Source of the DNA: a virus
Taxonomy: Duplodnaviria; Caudoviricetes
DNA length: 64,000 bases
IMG/VR virus record: IMGVR_UViG_3300033074_001674
Coordinates: 1 to 64,000 of that record
Reading direction: 5' to 3' (one strand)
How positions within the stretch are numbered: position 1 is the first letter of the stretch; each line of letters starts with the position of its first letter. The notes under the pieces were generated by a model. That model saw only the letters and a program-made list of their open reading frames with translations, was not told the origin of the DNA and did not search any database. Positions 1 through 8,000 of the stretch are shown here, piece after piece. A program made the translations under genes and the position numbers.

Positions 1-216
1 GCTTGGTATGCTGCTAGGGCTGCTAGGGATGTTGCCTGGTCTGCTAGGGCTGCTGCCTGGTCTGCTAGGGCTGCTGCTAGGGCTGCTGAGGCTACTGCTT
101 GGGTTGCTGCCGATGCTGACGATGCTGCCAGGTCTGCTGTCTATGCTGCCGGCCCCATTGAGTACGAATGGCAAATCCAAGAACTAACTAAGGCGATTCT
201 ATGTTCGACCACATAA
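1..216 (+). CDS. 3' part of Ala/Trp/Arg-repeat phage protein (truncated by window edge)
   Basis: Frame 1 reads AWYAARAARDVAWSARAAAWSARAAARAAE...EWQIQELTKAILCSTT*; repeated (tct)gctagggctgct units. Confidence 0.75.
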   Translation, partial: AWYAARAARDVAWSARAAAWSARAAARAAEATAWVAADADDAARSAVYAAGPIEYEWQIQELTKAILCSTT

Positions 217-509
217 CATATTTTAAGGAGATGGGTAGACATAGCAATATTCCTGAGTGCTGTATCGAATTCTTCTGCTACAAATGGAATATTGATGGAT
301 GGTCAGAAGAAGCAATAAACAAAAGGTGGAGCAAAGTATACTCAATAGGCCCATACAAATATATGCCATGCGACAACTGCCTTGAAATAGGCAGAATAGC
401 AGAACTGCACATTTGTAATGAAAAGTGCGCAGAATACATAATCCTGTTAGGAAAGGCTACAAGAAAACCAAAAAAACAAATAATGTACTGTTTGTCGAAT
501 CTTTTTTAG
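201..509 (+). CDS. hypothetical Cys-containing protein
   Basis: 102 aa ORF, IPECCIEFF and PCDNC motifs, overlaps upstream stop. Confidence 0.7.
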   Translation: MFDHITYFKEMGRHSNIPECCIEFFCYKWNIDGWSEEAINKRWSKVYSIGPYKYMPCDNCLEIGRIAELHICNEKCAEYIILLGKATRKPKKQIMYCLSNLF

Positions 510-589
510 CCAGAGTGGCGGAATGGCATACGCAGGGCACTTAAAATGCTTGGCCGAAAGGCATAGGGGTTCGACTCCCCTCTCTGGCA
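509..589 (+). tRNA. tRNA-Leu (TAA)
   Basis: GCCAGAG/CTCTGGC acceptor, anticodon loop CTTAAAA, long variable arm GCC-GAAA-GGC, T-loop TTCGACT; no encoded CCA. Confidence 0.95.
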
Positions 590-591
590 AT

Positions 592-662
592 TGGTGGCAG
601 TTCAACTCAAAACTCTTTTAATAACCCCAATCCCACAGGCAAGCGTGGTTGGGCTGCCACCA
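592..662 (+). ncRNA. candidate structured RNA, long terminal stem
   Basis: TGGTGGCAGTTCAAC (592-606) pairs with GTTGGGCTGCCACCA (648-662); intergenic, directly after tRNA-Leu. Confidence 0.5.
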
Positions 663-703
663 TCTAAACACGTTGCATAATGCAACCCAACAAGGAGTGT
701 AAA

Positions 704-982
704 ATGTCGATTCAGAAGAGCTTTGACATCGGAATCAGCGGCCCTGAGAAGAAGAAGGGATGGTTCTCGTGGCGCCATCCGAACAACGTCGCCCATGAGG
801 CGGCTAAGGCCCGCAGGATGGCTCACCTGGAGGCATGGCAGAAGTCCTTTCTGACCATCGCCCTTGCCAGGGCTGAGCGGACTCCCAAACAGCAGTTGGC
901 CCTGCTAGACAAGAGGCTCGGCCGAGGTCAGGGCGCCGTAAAGGAGCGTGCCAGGCTCCTAAAGCAGATTGGGCAAGGCTAA
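704..982 (+). CDS. hypothetical basic protein
   Basis: AGGAG RBS before ATG 704; C-terminal RTPKQQLALLDKRLG..GAVKERARL. Confidence 0.75.
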   Translation: MSIQKSFDIGISGPEKKKGWFSWRHPNNVAHEAAKARRMAHLEAWQKSFLTIALARAERTPKQQLALLDKRLGRGQGAVKERARLLKQIGQG

Positions 983-1167
983 TGGGTTGGGAATTCCACA
1001 ATCACGTAGTGATTGGCACTTGCTCAAATTGCGGAGGGCCCGTAGTGGTGCCCAACGCATATCTGAGCCTAATTCAGCCAGCCCCGAAGTGCATGAACTG
1101 CGGGGCCAAGGCATCGGAGTCGTATGGCCCAATCATTCAGATGGGGCCACCGGAAAGACCAGTCTAA
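982..1167 (+). CDS. zinc-ribbon protein
   Basis: CSNCGG...CMNCG; TAATG coupling. Confidence 0.75.
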   Translation: MGWEFHNHVVIGTCSNCGGPVVVPNAYLSLIQPAPKCMNCGAKASESYGPIIQMGPPERPV

Positions 1168-1180
1168 CCAAGGAGATATA

Positions 1181-1345
1181 ATGGCCAAGCAAGGCGGTGG
1201 TGGCGAAGGGCAAGTCAAGATTGCTTGCAACTGTGCAAGTCCTTACCAAGACGAGCGTTATGGTAAGGGAATCCGAATCCACACGAACGGTGCGGGCAAG
1301 AAGAAGACCTGCAGCGTTTGTGGCAAGCAGACCCAAGTGGTCTAG
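1181..1345 (+). CDS. small Cys/His metal-binding protein
   Basis: AAGGAG RBS; CNC...YQDERYGKG.R.H...CSVCG. Confidence 0.7.
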   Translation: MAKQGGGGEGQVKIACNCASPYQDERYGKGIRIHTNGAGKKKTCSVCGKQTQVV

Positions 1346-1353
1346 GAGAAAAA

Positions 1354-1608
1354 ATGAACATCAGTCGTGGTGAACGTCGCAAGTTGCGCATGAGTCTGGG
1401 CTCAAGGACCAACAGGCGCAGGGGCGTCAAGACCAAGGTCATCAAGCAAGTCAGTCCTGGCAAGCCATGTCCGAAGTCTCGCTATCCCAACTCGGCATCC
1501 GCCAACAATATGCCGCGTCCGGCCAAGCGCCTTCGCAGCCTCATTCACCGCTACCTGGCAGGCGAGGTGGATGTGAACGGCCAGCGCCCCAAGGGGGATG
1601 CCTCGTAG
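1354..1608 (+). CDS. hypothetical Arg/Lys-rich protein
   Basis: AGGAG RBS before ATG 1354. Confidence 0.6.
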   Translation: MNISRGERRKLRMSLGSRTNRRRGVKTKVIKQVSPGKPCPKSRYPNSASANNMPRPAKRLRSLIHRYLAGEVDVNGQRPKGDAS

Positions 1609-1667
1609 GAAAACAAGCTCTACTACTTCTGCTGCATAACTGTCCACTGTCGTGAGATAGAGGGCAG

Positions 1668-1774
1668 GGCCGCATGGTCTAAGTAAGACGGTTTGGAGAG
1701 GAGGTAAATCTTCCAGGCAAAGAATTTATTTTGCCAGCTCCAAACAGATAGTGGTGCGAATCCACTTGCGGCCA
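1668..1774 (+). ncRNA. tRNA-like RNA with branched insert replacing the anticodon loop
   Basis: GGCCGCA/TGCGGCC acceptor, GTCT/AGAC D-stem, GTTTGGAG/CTCCAAAC stem enclosing two hairpins, AGTGG-TGCGAAT-CCACT T arm. Confidence 0.8.
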
Positions 1775-1782
1775 ATCTCGTT

Positions 1783-1976
1783 ATTCCAGTCCTGTCTTAA
1801 ATGATAAAGGAAAACAGCGGAGGGTTCGCGAGATGCCCATCTAGAGGCTGCTGTTGGAATGGGCTGTTGTTTCAGGTCATGCTCCTTGCGAGTATGACAA
1901 ATGCTGGGTTAAGTTCGGTTTTGCCGGACACCATTGCGTATACAGCACTGGCCATCATGATGAGGGTGGTCCTACA
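1783..1976 (+). ncRNA. candidate structured RNA(s) between two tRNA-like elements
   Basis: Helices AACAGCGG/CTGCTGTT, GTCATGCTC/GAGTATGAC, GTTCGG/CCGGAC, TGCTG/CAGCA, GGCCATC/GGTGGTC; overlapping ORFs look spurious. Confidence 0.5.
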
Positions 1977-1977
1977 T

Positions 1978-2046
1978 TCTCCCGAAGCCAAATAGTGAGG
2001 CGCCACAGTGATGTGGATATTCCAGGTGCAAATCCTAGCGGGAGCC
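1978..2046 (+). ncRNA. tRNA-His-like RNA with 4-nt anticodon loop (or tRNA pseudogene)
   Basis: CTCCCG/CGGGAG acceptor, GCC/GGC D-stem, CCACA-GTGA-TGTGG, T arm CCAGG-TGCAAAT-CCTAG, discriminator C. Confidence 0.7.
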
Positions 2047-2080
2047 AAGCTCAATTGCCGCTAGGGCCAAAGAGGCTAAT

Positions 2081-2332
2081 ATGACATGGGATGGAATTTA
2101 TTCCTATCAAGAGATAGTCTCTCTGCTTAAAAAGGCAAATGCAACGGCAAATAATGGCAGAGGCGTCAAGAGTATCAAATCATATATCACTCTCATAGAG
2201 AACCGCCTTTTTGCTCAGGCTCAAGCCCTTCTAAATACAGAATGGGATAAAATAAGGAACTATCCATCCATTGTAGAAGTTCTTAGGCAGACTGGCGTAA
2301 TAGGTAAAGATGAAAGGTTTTGGCCGAATTGA
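2081..2332 (+). CDS. hypothetical protein
   Basis: 83 aa ORF with GAGG RBS. Confidence 0.7.
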   Translation: MTWDGIYSYQEIVSLLKKANATANNGRGVKSIKSYITLIENRLFAQAQALLNTEWDKIRNYPSIVEVLRQTGVIGKDERFWPN

Positions 2333-2485
2333 GACAAGACCATAATCAAATCCTTCTTGAGGCTGAGGAAGAAATACAAAGCGCTTTTAATAAAGTACTG
2401 GACATCTTTGAAAGTGATGTGGTAAATGTTCCTGAAACACCCTTACAAAGTGTTCTACTTCGCATTTGATAGATAGGGAAACAAC

Positions 2486-2734
2486 ATGAGTATCTCAATT
2501 AAAAACATGACGCCAGAAAAGCCTGTCAAGAAATTTAAAGATATAAAAGCAGGTACAGCATTTCAGAAGTACTATAAAATTGACGATGTTGTAAACTGGT
2601 TTTATATCAAGACAAATGATGAAATGTATCATAATGCGATACGAATAGGAGAGGATGGCGCTTTACTTGCACAATTCGGAGAGAATACACACGTAATAGA
2701 ACTAGAAGTAGATATTAAGACAAAGGAAATTTAG
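2486..2734 (+). CDS. hypothetical small beta-barrel-like protein, paralog of 3165..3404
   Basis: Shared F.xI..GT.F...IKT...NAI pattern. Confidence 0.7.
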   Translation: MSISIKNMTPEKPVKKFKDIKAGTAFQKYYKIDDVVNWFYIKTNDEMYHNAIRIGEDGALLAQFGENTHVIELEVDIKTKEI

Positions 2735-2742
2735 CAATTCAA

Positions 2743-2838
2743 GTGGCAAATACGGACTTTGACAAAATCCGTAACTACCCTGAAGTAGCGAAGCTCATTT
2801 TGGGGTATGGGTGGGTAAAGTGTCGCAGATATGATTGA
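2743..2838 (+). pseudogene. fragment paralogous to C-terminus of 2081..2332
   Basis: NTDFDKIRNYPEV vs NTEWDKIRNYPSI; in-frame stop at 2716-2718 just upstream. Confidence 0.55.
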
Positions 2839-2850
2839 AGGAAGGTCCTT

Positions 2851-3045
2851 TTGAGGCTCCTTTCAATAGATGCCGTTGCAAAAATGGCAGCTTTTGTACG
2901 CAAAAGGAACTTGTCACACGCAGATGCATACAATTCCTATATGGACATCGCTGCGCTAACTAGCGAGTTCCAGTATAGGGATAACAGCATTGAGCTCGTA
3001 CTGGCCTTTGTGAAATCAGACGAAATGCCAGAAAGGCTCTACTGA
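2851..3045 (+). CDS. hypothetical protein
   Basis: 64 aa ORF, TTG start after GAAGG. Confidence 0.5.
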   Translation: MRLLSIDAVAKMAAFVRKRNLSHADAYNSYMDIAALTSEFQYRDNSIELVLAFVKSDEMPERLY

Positions 3046-3061
3046 AATGGTAATACAGTAA

Positions 3062-3132
3062 GGGGTGGTAGTTCAAAGGGAGAATACTGGCTTTGCAAGC
3101 CGGGGATACGGGTTCGAGTCCCGTCTACTCCA
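3062..3132 (+). tRNA. tRNA-Ala (TGC)
   Basis: Cloverleaf, G3:U70, loop TTTGCAA, T-loop TTCGAGT. Confidence 0.95.
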
Positions 3133-3164
3133 AATGACCTGCGGTCAGAGATAAGAATAGGCAC

Positions 3165-3404
3165 ATGAAATACATTCTCAAGGATTTCTGCACAATTGAA
3201 ATTGGAACACACTTTCGCCTGTCAAATCTCCTCCGTCTAATTAAGACGGTTCCGTTCACAACGGATTTGGGCAAGAAGTGTAATGCAATCGTCCTTGAGG
3301 ATGGGGTTGTAGTAAGAGGAGATGAACAAGCGCATTACAATGCAGGCCAAGGCTATGTTTGCGAACCCTGGGAGGTTTGCGAAGTAAAGGTGCTAAATGT
3401 GTAA
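3165..3404 (+). CDS. hypothetical protein, paralog of 2486..2734
   Basis: FCTIEIGTHF...IKT...CNAI. Confidence 0.7.
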   Translation: MKYILKDFCTIEIGTHFRLSNLLRLIKTVPFTTDLGKKCNAIVLEDGVVVRGDEQAHYNAGQGYVCEPWEVCEVKVLNV

Positions 3405-3822
3405 CTTAAAAGAGGGGGATAGAATTGTTTGCAACCGCCATTCGCCCCATAATGGAAAGCATGGGACTATTATCGGGAAGCAATCCCCATGCTGCTATAG
3501 AATCACTGGGGAGTGCTGCTCAGTCTTTGATGTCAAATTAGACGACGGCCAGAGAGTTTACGTATACTCATACAAGCTTGGCTTTGAGGGTTCAACCCAA
3601 CAGGCCCCGGCTGCTCCTGACTTTTCTCCATTAAAAGTTGGAGATATGCTTAAGCTGCTGCACACCAACAAATCTAGAGTGGAGTGCACTTGCAAATCTC
3701 TCCTGTATGGCTGTATATGCGGTGCAGGTCGAGCCGAAATGACAGCTACCAATCCTACGATTGACCCTATGGTTGACTTCTTCAAATCTTCCACTAAGGA
3801 ATGGAAGTCGAAGCATGGATAA
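3397..3822 (+). CDS. SH3/KOW-like protein with Cys module
   Basis: LKEGDRIV...HNGKHGTII; CTCKSLLYGCICG. Confidence 0.7.
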   Translation: MCNLKEGDRIVCNRHSPHNGKHGTIIGKQSPCCYRITGECCSVFDVKLDDGQRVYVYSYKLGFEGSTQQAPAAPDFSPLKVGDMLKLLHTNKSRVECTCKSLLYGCICGAGRAEMTATNPTIDPMVDFFKSSTKEWKSKHG

Positions 3823-3864
3823 AAACTTGGTCATTAGTTGAGTTATAGTTAATAAAAAACATAA

Positions 3865-3938
3865 GCTCCGGTAGCTCAACAGGATAGAGCAGCGGTTTTC
3901 TAAACCGCAGGTTACAGGTTCGAGTCCTGTCCGGGGCA
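3865..3938 (+). tRNA. tRNA-Arg (TCT)
   Basis: GCTCCGG/CCGGGGC acceptor, loop TTTCTAA, T-loop TTCGAGT. Confidence 0.95.
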
Positions 3939-3952
3939 TTTAGGAATGCCTA

Positions 3953-4282
3953 ATGATATTGCCTTTTAGTGAGACTGTTGAGCCTGAGTTTGGCAAGGGT
4001 CCTGGCGGGTTTCATGATATCAAAGTAACAATTACATATAGGACTAATGAATATTGGGCAAAGGAAATTGAAAAGAACTTCCTGGATGCAAAAAGGATGA
4101 TTAGATGTCCTTCTTGCAACATACTCTGGAATCAGGTTTTGGGCGATAAAAATCGTCGCCATAGCAAAACTTGCATGTATCCAGAGATGCTTAAAAAATC
4201 TTGGGAAGATGCTATTGAGCATCACAAGAGACAAATTAAGTACTTTGAAAAAGAAATCGCTCTAATTGAAAAGAGTTTTTAG
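3953..4282 (+). CDS. hypothetical protein (CxxC...H...C)
   Basis: 109 aa ORF with AGGA RBS. Confidence 0.7.
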   Translation: MILPFSETVEPEFGKGPGGFHDIKVTITYRTNEYWAKEIEKNFLDAKRMIRCPSCNILWNQVLGDKNRRHSKTCMYPEMLKKSWEDAIEHHKRQIKYFEKEIALIEKSF

Positions 4283-4287
4283 TCAAA

Positions 4288-4545
4288 ATGAAAACTATTT
4301 TGTTAGCACTGGCTGTTCTGTGTGGATGTCTCCCTAATGAGCCTGACTCAAAACCACAGTTAAAACCAGAATCCAACATTTGGGAAAAAGTCCAACATCC
4401 AGATTCTTGGATATCTGTTTACAGAACTCAAACACCGGATGGCTGGCTTGTACTTGTTGAGTACAATAGCCATGGTACAAGTGCGGCGATTGTTAGTGAC
4501 CAAAATCATACGTGGCTTGCGCACAATCCTGAGAAAAACCAATAG
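4288..4545 (+). CDS. putative lipoprotein
   Basis: MKTILLALAVLCGC lipobox-like signal. Confidence 0.7.
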   Translation: MKTILLALAVLCGCLPNEPDSKPQLKPESNIWEKVQHPDSWISVYRTQTPDGWLVLVEYNSHGTSAAIVSDQNHTWLAHNPEKNQ

Positions 4546-4753
4546 ATTAAGGCCAAATAGGTATTATAATGAAGCCGGTAGGCAATCTATCATACTTCTT
4601 TTTCAAGGGATATGACTATCCAGGTCGTCCGTTTATGGGAATACCATCTCGTTCTTCTATAGCTAGAAGGGTTATAGAAGATTATTGTAATTGGCGAGTC
4701 AAAATGATGATGGCCTTTGACATTCGAGACAAGCCTCTTTAAGGAACCAACAA

Positions 4754-4945
4754 ATGTTCGGTCTAATGATTGGCGGCAGGTCCGTCGCAATCTTCCGTAA
4801 TTCTAATTGCGGAAAGAATGTTTGGACGATGGAATCCGCGAATAATAATGGCAAAGACCTTAATTGGCATCACCACTCATGGTTAATCTTTGCCATTATG
4901 CACTTGATGTTATTCCTGGTTAGCGGGAGAAGGATTTCGCAATGA
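4754..4945 (+). CDS. hypothetical protein
   Basis: AAGGA RBS; ATGA overlap with next gene. Confidence 0.55.
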   Translation: MFGLMIGGRSVAIFRNSNCGKNVWTMESANNNGKDLNWHHHSWLIFAIMHLMLFLVSGRRISQ

Positions 4946-5304
4946 TGCTTTGGCTCGATGATGAGCGACCTGCCCCTAATGGATGGCGCCAGGCGTTCAA
5001 TTATGCCGAATTCGAGGCAATCGTGCTTGCTAATCCAAAACAAATCACCCACGTGAGTCTGGACCATGACCTTGGTAGCAAGATTCATACCGGATACGAT
5101 GCAGCTTGTCTACTGGAGAAGTTGGCGCATCAAGAGAAATTAAGGGCTGACATCCAGGTAGCGGTGCACTCCGCTAATCCGGTAGGCTGCAAAAGGATGG
5201 CCGCTGCGATAAGGGCAGCCAGAATTAGCACTATTTACAACAATAAGGACCCATACTGTGTGTGGTGGAGTCCAGACGTTGGCGTGCAATCCCAACATTG
5301 GTAA
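4942..5304 (+). CDS. cyclic-phosphate-processing receiver-domain protein
   Basis: LWLDDER, SLDHDLG, TGYD and VHSANPVG motifs. Confidence 0.85.
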   Translation: MMLWLDDERPAPNGWRQAFNYAEFEAIVLANPKQITHVSLDHDLGSKIHTGYDAACLLEKLAHQEKLRADIQVAVHSANPVGCKRMAAAIRAARISTIYNNKDPYCVWWSPDVGVQSQHW

Positions 5305-5315
5305 ATGAGGTAAAA

Positions 5316-5678
5316 ATGATGTCAATGGCTAAATGTTATGTGACAGGCCTGGCTCCTACCGAGAAGTACTATTTCGGGTCAGAAGATAGATTGGTTGTTG
5401 CGCTAACGCAAGAGGCGTTCGGCCGGTTCATCTTGGCTGCATCAAAAGATGATGAGCACTGCGCCAATATGGCAAGAGTGCAGGATGCGGCAGAACGGTT
5501 AAAAAAGTTGGCGGCCAAAAAGACAGTAATCAACGATGAATTGATAGACCAGGCTATCGAGCTGCATCCGTTGCTAGATGAGCTAAATGCGGCCTTGACA
5601 GATAAGATGATTAGCGGAGTTCGCATCTTGAGGCAATTGAGGGCCTCTTATAAGGCCAACGGGAATAAGTTCGAGTAA
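5316..5678 (+). CDS. hypothetical protein
   Basis: GAGG RBS before ATG 5316. Confidence 0.7.
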   Translation: MMSMAKCYVTGLAPTEKYYFGSEDRLVVALTQEAFGRFILAASKDDEHCANMARVQDAAERLKKLAAKKTVINDELIDQAIELHPLLDELNAALTDKMISGVRILRQLRASYKANGNKFE

Positions 5679-5685
5679 GGAGAGA

Positions 5686-5913
5686 ATGATGTATTATCCT
5701 CAACCAGATTCCAGCAGAACTTTCAGGTCTGTGGCGGAAATCTCCCAAAGAATAGGGATTACGCCAGAGCAAAATGGGTGGTACCAAAAAGGAAATTACA
5801 CCCACCTTATTTACAAGGAGGGTGCGGATTTCGTTGTCAAAACCTTCTCAGTGGATATCCGCAACGTGCTAGGCACGATTGCAAAATATCCACTATTCAA
5901 CGTCACCAGTTAG
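5686..5913 (+). CDS. hypothetical protein
   Basis: AAGGAG RBS. Confidence 0.7.
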   Translation: MMYYPQPDSSRTFRSVAEISQRIGITPEQNGWYQKGNYTHLIYKEGADFVVKTFSVDIRNVLGTIAKYPLFNVTS

Positions 5914-5947
5914 ACCATTGTGGTCTAACGCAACAAAAGGAACGAAA

Positions 5948-6214
5948 ATGATTGCTTTGAAGAATGGTCCTTACACCTCTGGGCCTTACCCATTCCCGCC
6001 TGGGAAGGCTCATCTTGAGGACCACAACGATTGCTGGATGTGTAGCGGATTCAACGTGAGAGCCGGAAAGAAGCTCCTCAACAGGAAGAGGAGCGGCATC
6101 AAGTGCAAGAACTGTTCGAAGCACGTCCATTCTCGATACAGTGCAGACGACGATGTTTGCGTTGCCTGTCGGGATGGGAATTACATCTATATGACCGTGC
6201 GGGAGAGCGATTAA
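5948..6214 (+). CDS. Cys-rich zinc-binding protein
   Basis: CWMC, CKNC, CVAC. Confidence 0.7.
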   Translation: MIALKNGPYTSGPYPFPPGKAHLEDHNDCWMCSGFNVRAGKKLLNRKRSGIKCKNCSKHVHSRYSADDDVCVACRDGNYIYMTVRESD

Positions 6215-6510
6215 TGGTTGTCGCTGCTAATACTCGCCCTCTTCAATTCAGGAACGAGGCGCAGGCTGCATCCTATCTAATTGGCAGGATGACAGACATG
6301 ATTATCAGCGGCGGTTTTGTCCACGCCGATGGTCATGATTTCGAGAAGAATGGTGCGGAGGTGCTCCTCGAACGTCTAAACGATTACGAGGAGGTCGTCA
6401 CTCAGATTCGGCTCGACCTGCGCAAGGATAACAATGTGTGGCTGGTCGATGAGATGAGCCGCAACGTGGATGTTGTCGATGCAATTTCCTCATTCAAGGA
6501 GCAATCGTGA
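6214..6510 (+). CDS. hypothetical protein
   Basis: TAATG coupling at 6214. Confidence 0.7.
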   Translation: MVVAANTRPLQFRNEAQAASYLIGRMTDMIISGGFVHADGHDFEKNGAEVLLERLNDYEEVVTQIRLDLRKDNNVWLVDEMSRNVDVVDAISSFKEQS

Positions 6511-6687
6511 AAAACCACAAGTGTGTCTATCCAGAGCAGCCGAAGTTTGTTGGGCTCAGTCTATGGCTCATCTATATGGTGGGCATGGCAGCGGCAGTAG
6601 GATGCCTAGACGTTCACAAGCATCCGAACCATAAGGTCGTTGCTCCAATCTCAAGCGCTGCAGTCGTCAGTTCTTAGGTCACAACTA

Positions 6688-6715
6688 GCCCGGGGAGAGT
6701 AAAATCTCCCCGGGC
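6688..6715 (+). terminator. perfect 11-bp hairpin (terminator-like or processing site; no U tract)
   Basis: GCCCGGGGAGA-GTAAAA-TCTCCCCGGGC, intergenic. Confidence 0.45.
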
Positions 6716-7021
6716 AGAGGGATATATGAAGTATCTCAACAAAGATATTGTGATGCCGCTATGCGTCACGATTTCCATGCTCACAATAGCGTGGCTAACT
6801 CCTAATTCGTTATTTGGGCAGGCATGCACAATCGGTGCAGGCTTAAACTTTGTTGCAGTACTGATTTCAGTAGCGGCTTATGCAACAGCAGAAGATTAGT
6901 TGCAAACACATATTTGGCAAGTGGTTTGTTAAAATAGTCCAAACACCATGGGTATGGGCAAGAACGTGCGATATATGCACATTTGAGGAAGAATCGTTCT
7001 ACGGACCTAAAGGATTTAATA

Positions 7022-7717
7022 ATGAAACTGGCGCTAGCATCTGATATTCATGGGTTGTGGAGAAAAATTGATTGGCCAAAAGCAGATGTTCTGTGTTTGG
7101 CAGGAGATATCCTTCATAACTATGAATACGGCAGGGGATGCAGCGTAGAGTGTGCAAGACAAGTAATAGAAATTGAAGACCTTATTAAATTTCTAAAAGA
7201 TAAGTACGCACACTTAGTGCTAGTGGCTGGCAACCATGATTGGGCATGGTACAGGCATCATTCGCATGAACAGGCTGTAAACGCCTGCAATATGGAAGGA
7301 GTACATTATCTTCAGGATAGCTCTGTAGTAATAGATGGTGTCAAGTTTTATGGCAGTCCATGGCAACCCTACTTCTATGATTGGGCGTTTAATCTTCCCA
7401 ATCCAAAAGTAAGTCCAGCTATGGCTTATGCCGCCGCACAAGCGATGTGTAACAATATAGATTTTGACACGAACATTCTAATCACACATGGCCCACCCCA
7501 CGGCGTGTTAGACCTAACCCATGGAGGGGAACATGTTGGTTGTCCAAGATTGGCTGAACGGGTACTTAAAAACGATAACTACTTAAAGCTACATGTATTT
7601 GGCCACATACATTTCAGTGCTGGCATTGAGAAGATTGATGGCAAAACATTTGTGAATGCGGCAATTCTTGGAGAGGATTATCTGCCTGCAAAAAATCCAA
7701 CTGTAGTAGATATTTAA
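7022..7717 (+). CDS. calcineurin-like metallophosphoesterase
   Basis: SDIH, AGD, GNHD, THGPP, FGHIH. Confidence 0.92.
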   Translation: MKLALASDIHGLWRKIDWPKADVLCLAGDILHNYEYGRGCSVECARQVIEIEDLIKFLKDKYAHLVLVAGNHDWAWYRHHSHEQAVNACNMEGVHYLQDSSVVIDGVKFYGSPWQPYFYDWAFNLPNPKVSPAMAYAAAQAMCNNIDFDTNILITHGPPHGVLDLTHGGEHVGCPRLAERVLKNDNYLKLHVFGHIHFSAGIEKIDGKTFVNAAILGEDYLPAKNPTVVDI

Positions 7718-7810
7718 TTCGAGCACAATTAGTTGTGCAAATGGAGTGTCAAATCTCCACGAATTATAGTCCGCGCATGAGGCGACCCAGCGATACCAGG
7801 GGTTGCAGAT

Positions 7811-7997
7811 TCCTCCGCGTGTTAGACAGATAGCAAAAGGCACAATCACTATATCTTATAGATTTTGGATATAATACAAAAGATTAGGACTCAATGGCGC
7901 ATAGAGTCGCCCGAAAGGGAAACAAAGCGCCTGAGCGCCACCTCTCAGAGTGCAGGTGGTCTTATGCTATTAGCAGGTGCAACTCCTGTCGGAGGAA
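7811..7997 (+). ncRNA. tRNA/tmRNA-like RNA with ~130-nt internal domain
   Basis: TCCTCCG/CGGAGGA acceptor, ATAGCA-A-AAGGC/GTCTT-A-TGCTAT long helix, T arm GCAGG-TGCAACT-CCTGT. Confidence 0.72.
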
Positions 7998-8000
7998 ATT

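Noticed and set aside
1-150. Short tandem repeats as a possible CRISPR array or VNTR
   Set aside because: Units are codon-multiple, have no unique spacers, and encode an Ala/Trp/Arg-rich protein.
1881-2046. Longer tRNA-like fold using GCTCCTTG (1881) as the 5' acceptor strand
   Set aside because: It needs a bulge and breaks a 9-bp hairpin; the compact fold from 1978 is better.
1801-2084. ORFs 1801..1995, 1854..2084 and 1872..2054
   Set aside because: They overlap strongly paired RNA and a tRNA-like element and show no protein motifs.
3631-3939. Minus-strand ORFs over tRNAs (also 9154..9414)
   Set aside because: Antisense shadows of tRNA-Arg and tRNA-Glu.
7977-8000. GTG start of the amidoligase given in the ORF track
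   Set aside because: It lies inside the T arm of the RNA element; ATG 8001 has a GGAGG RBS.
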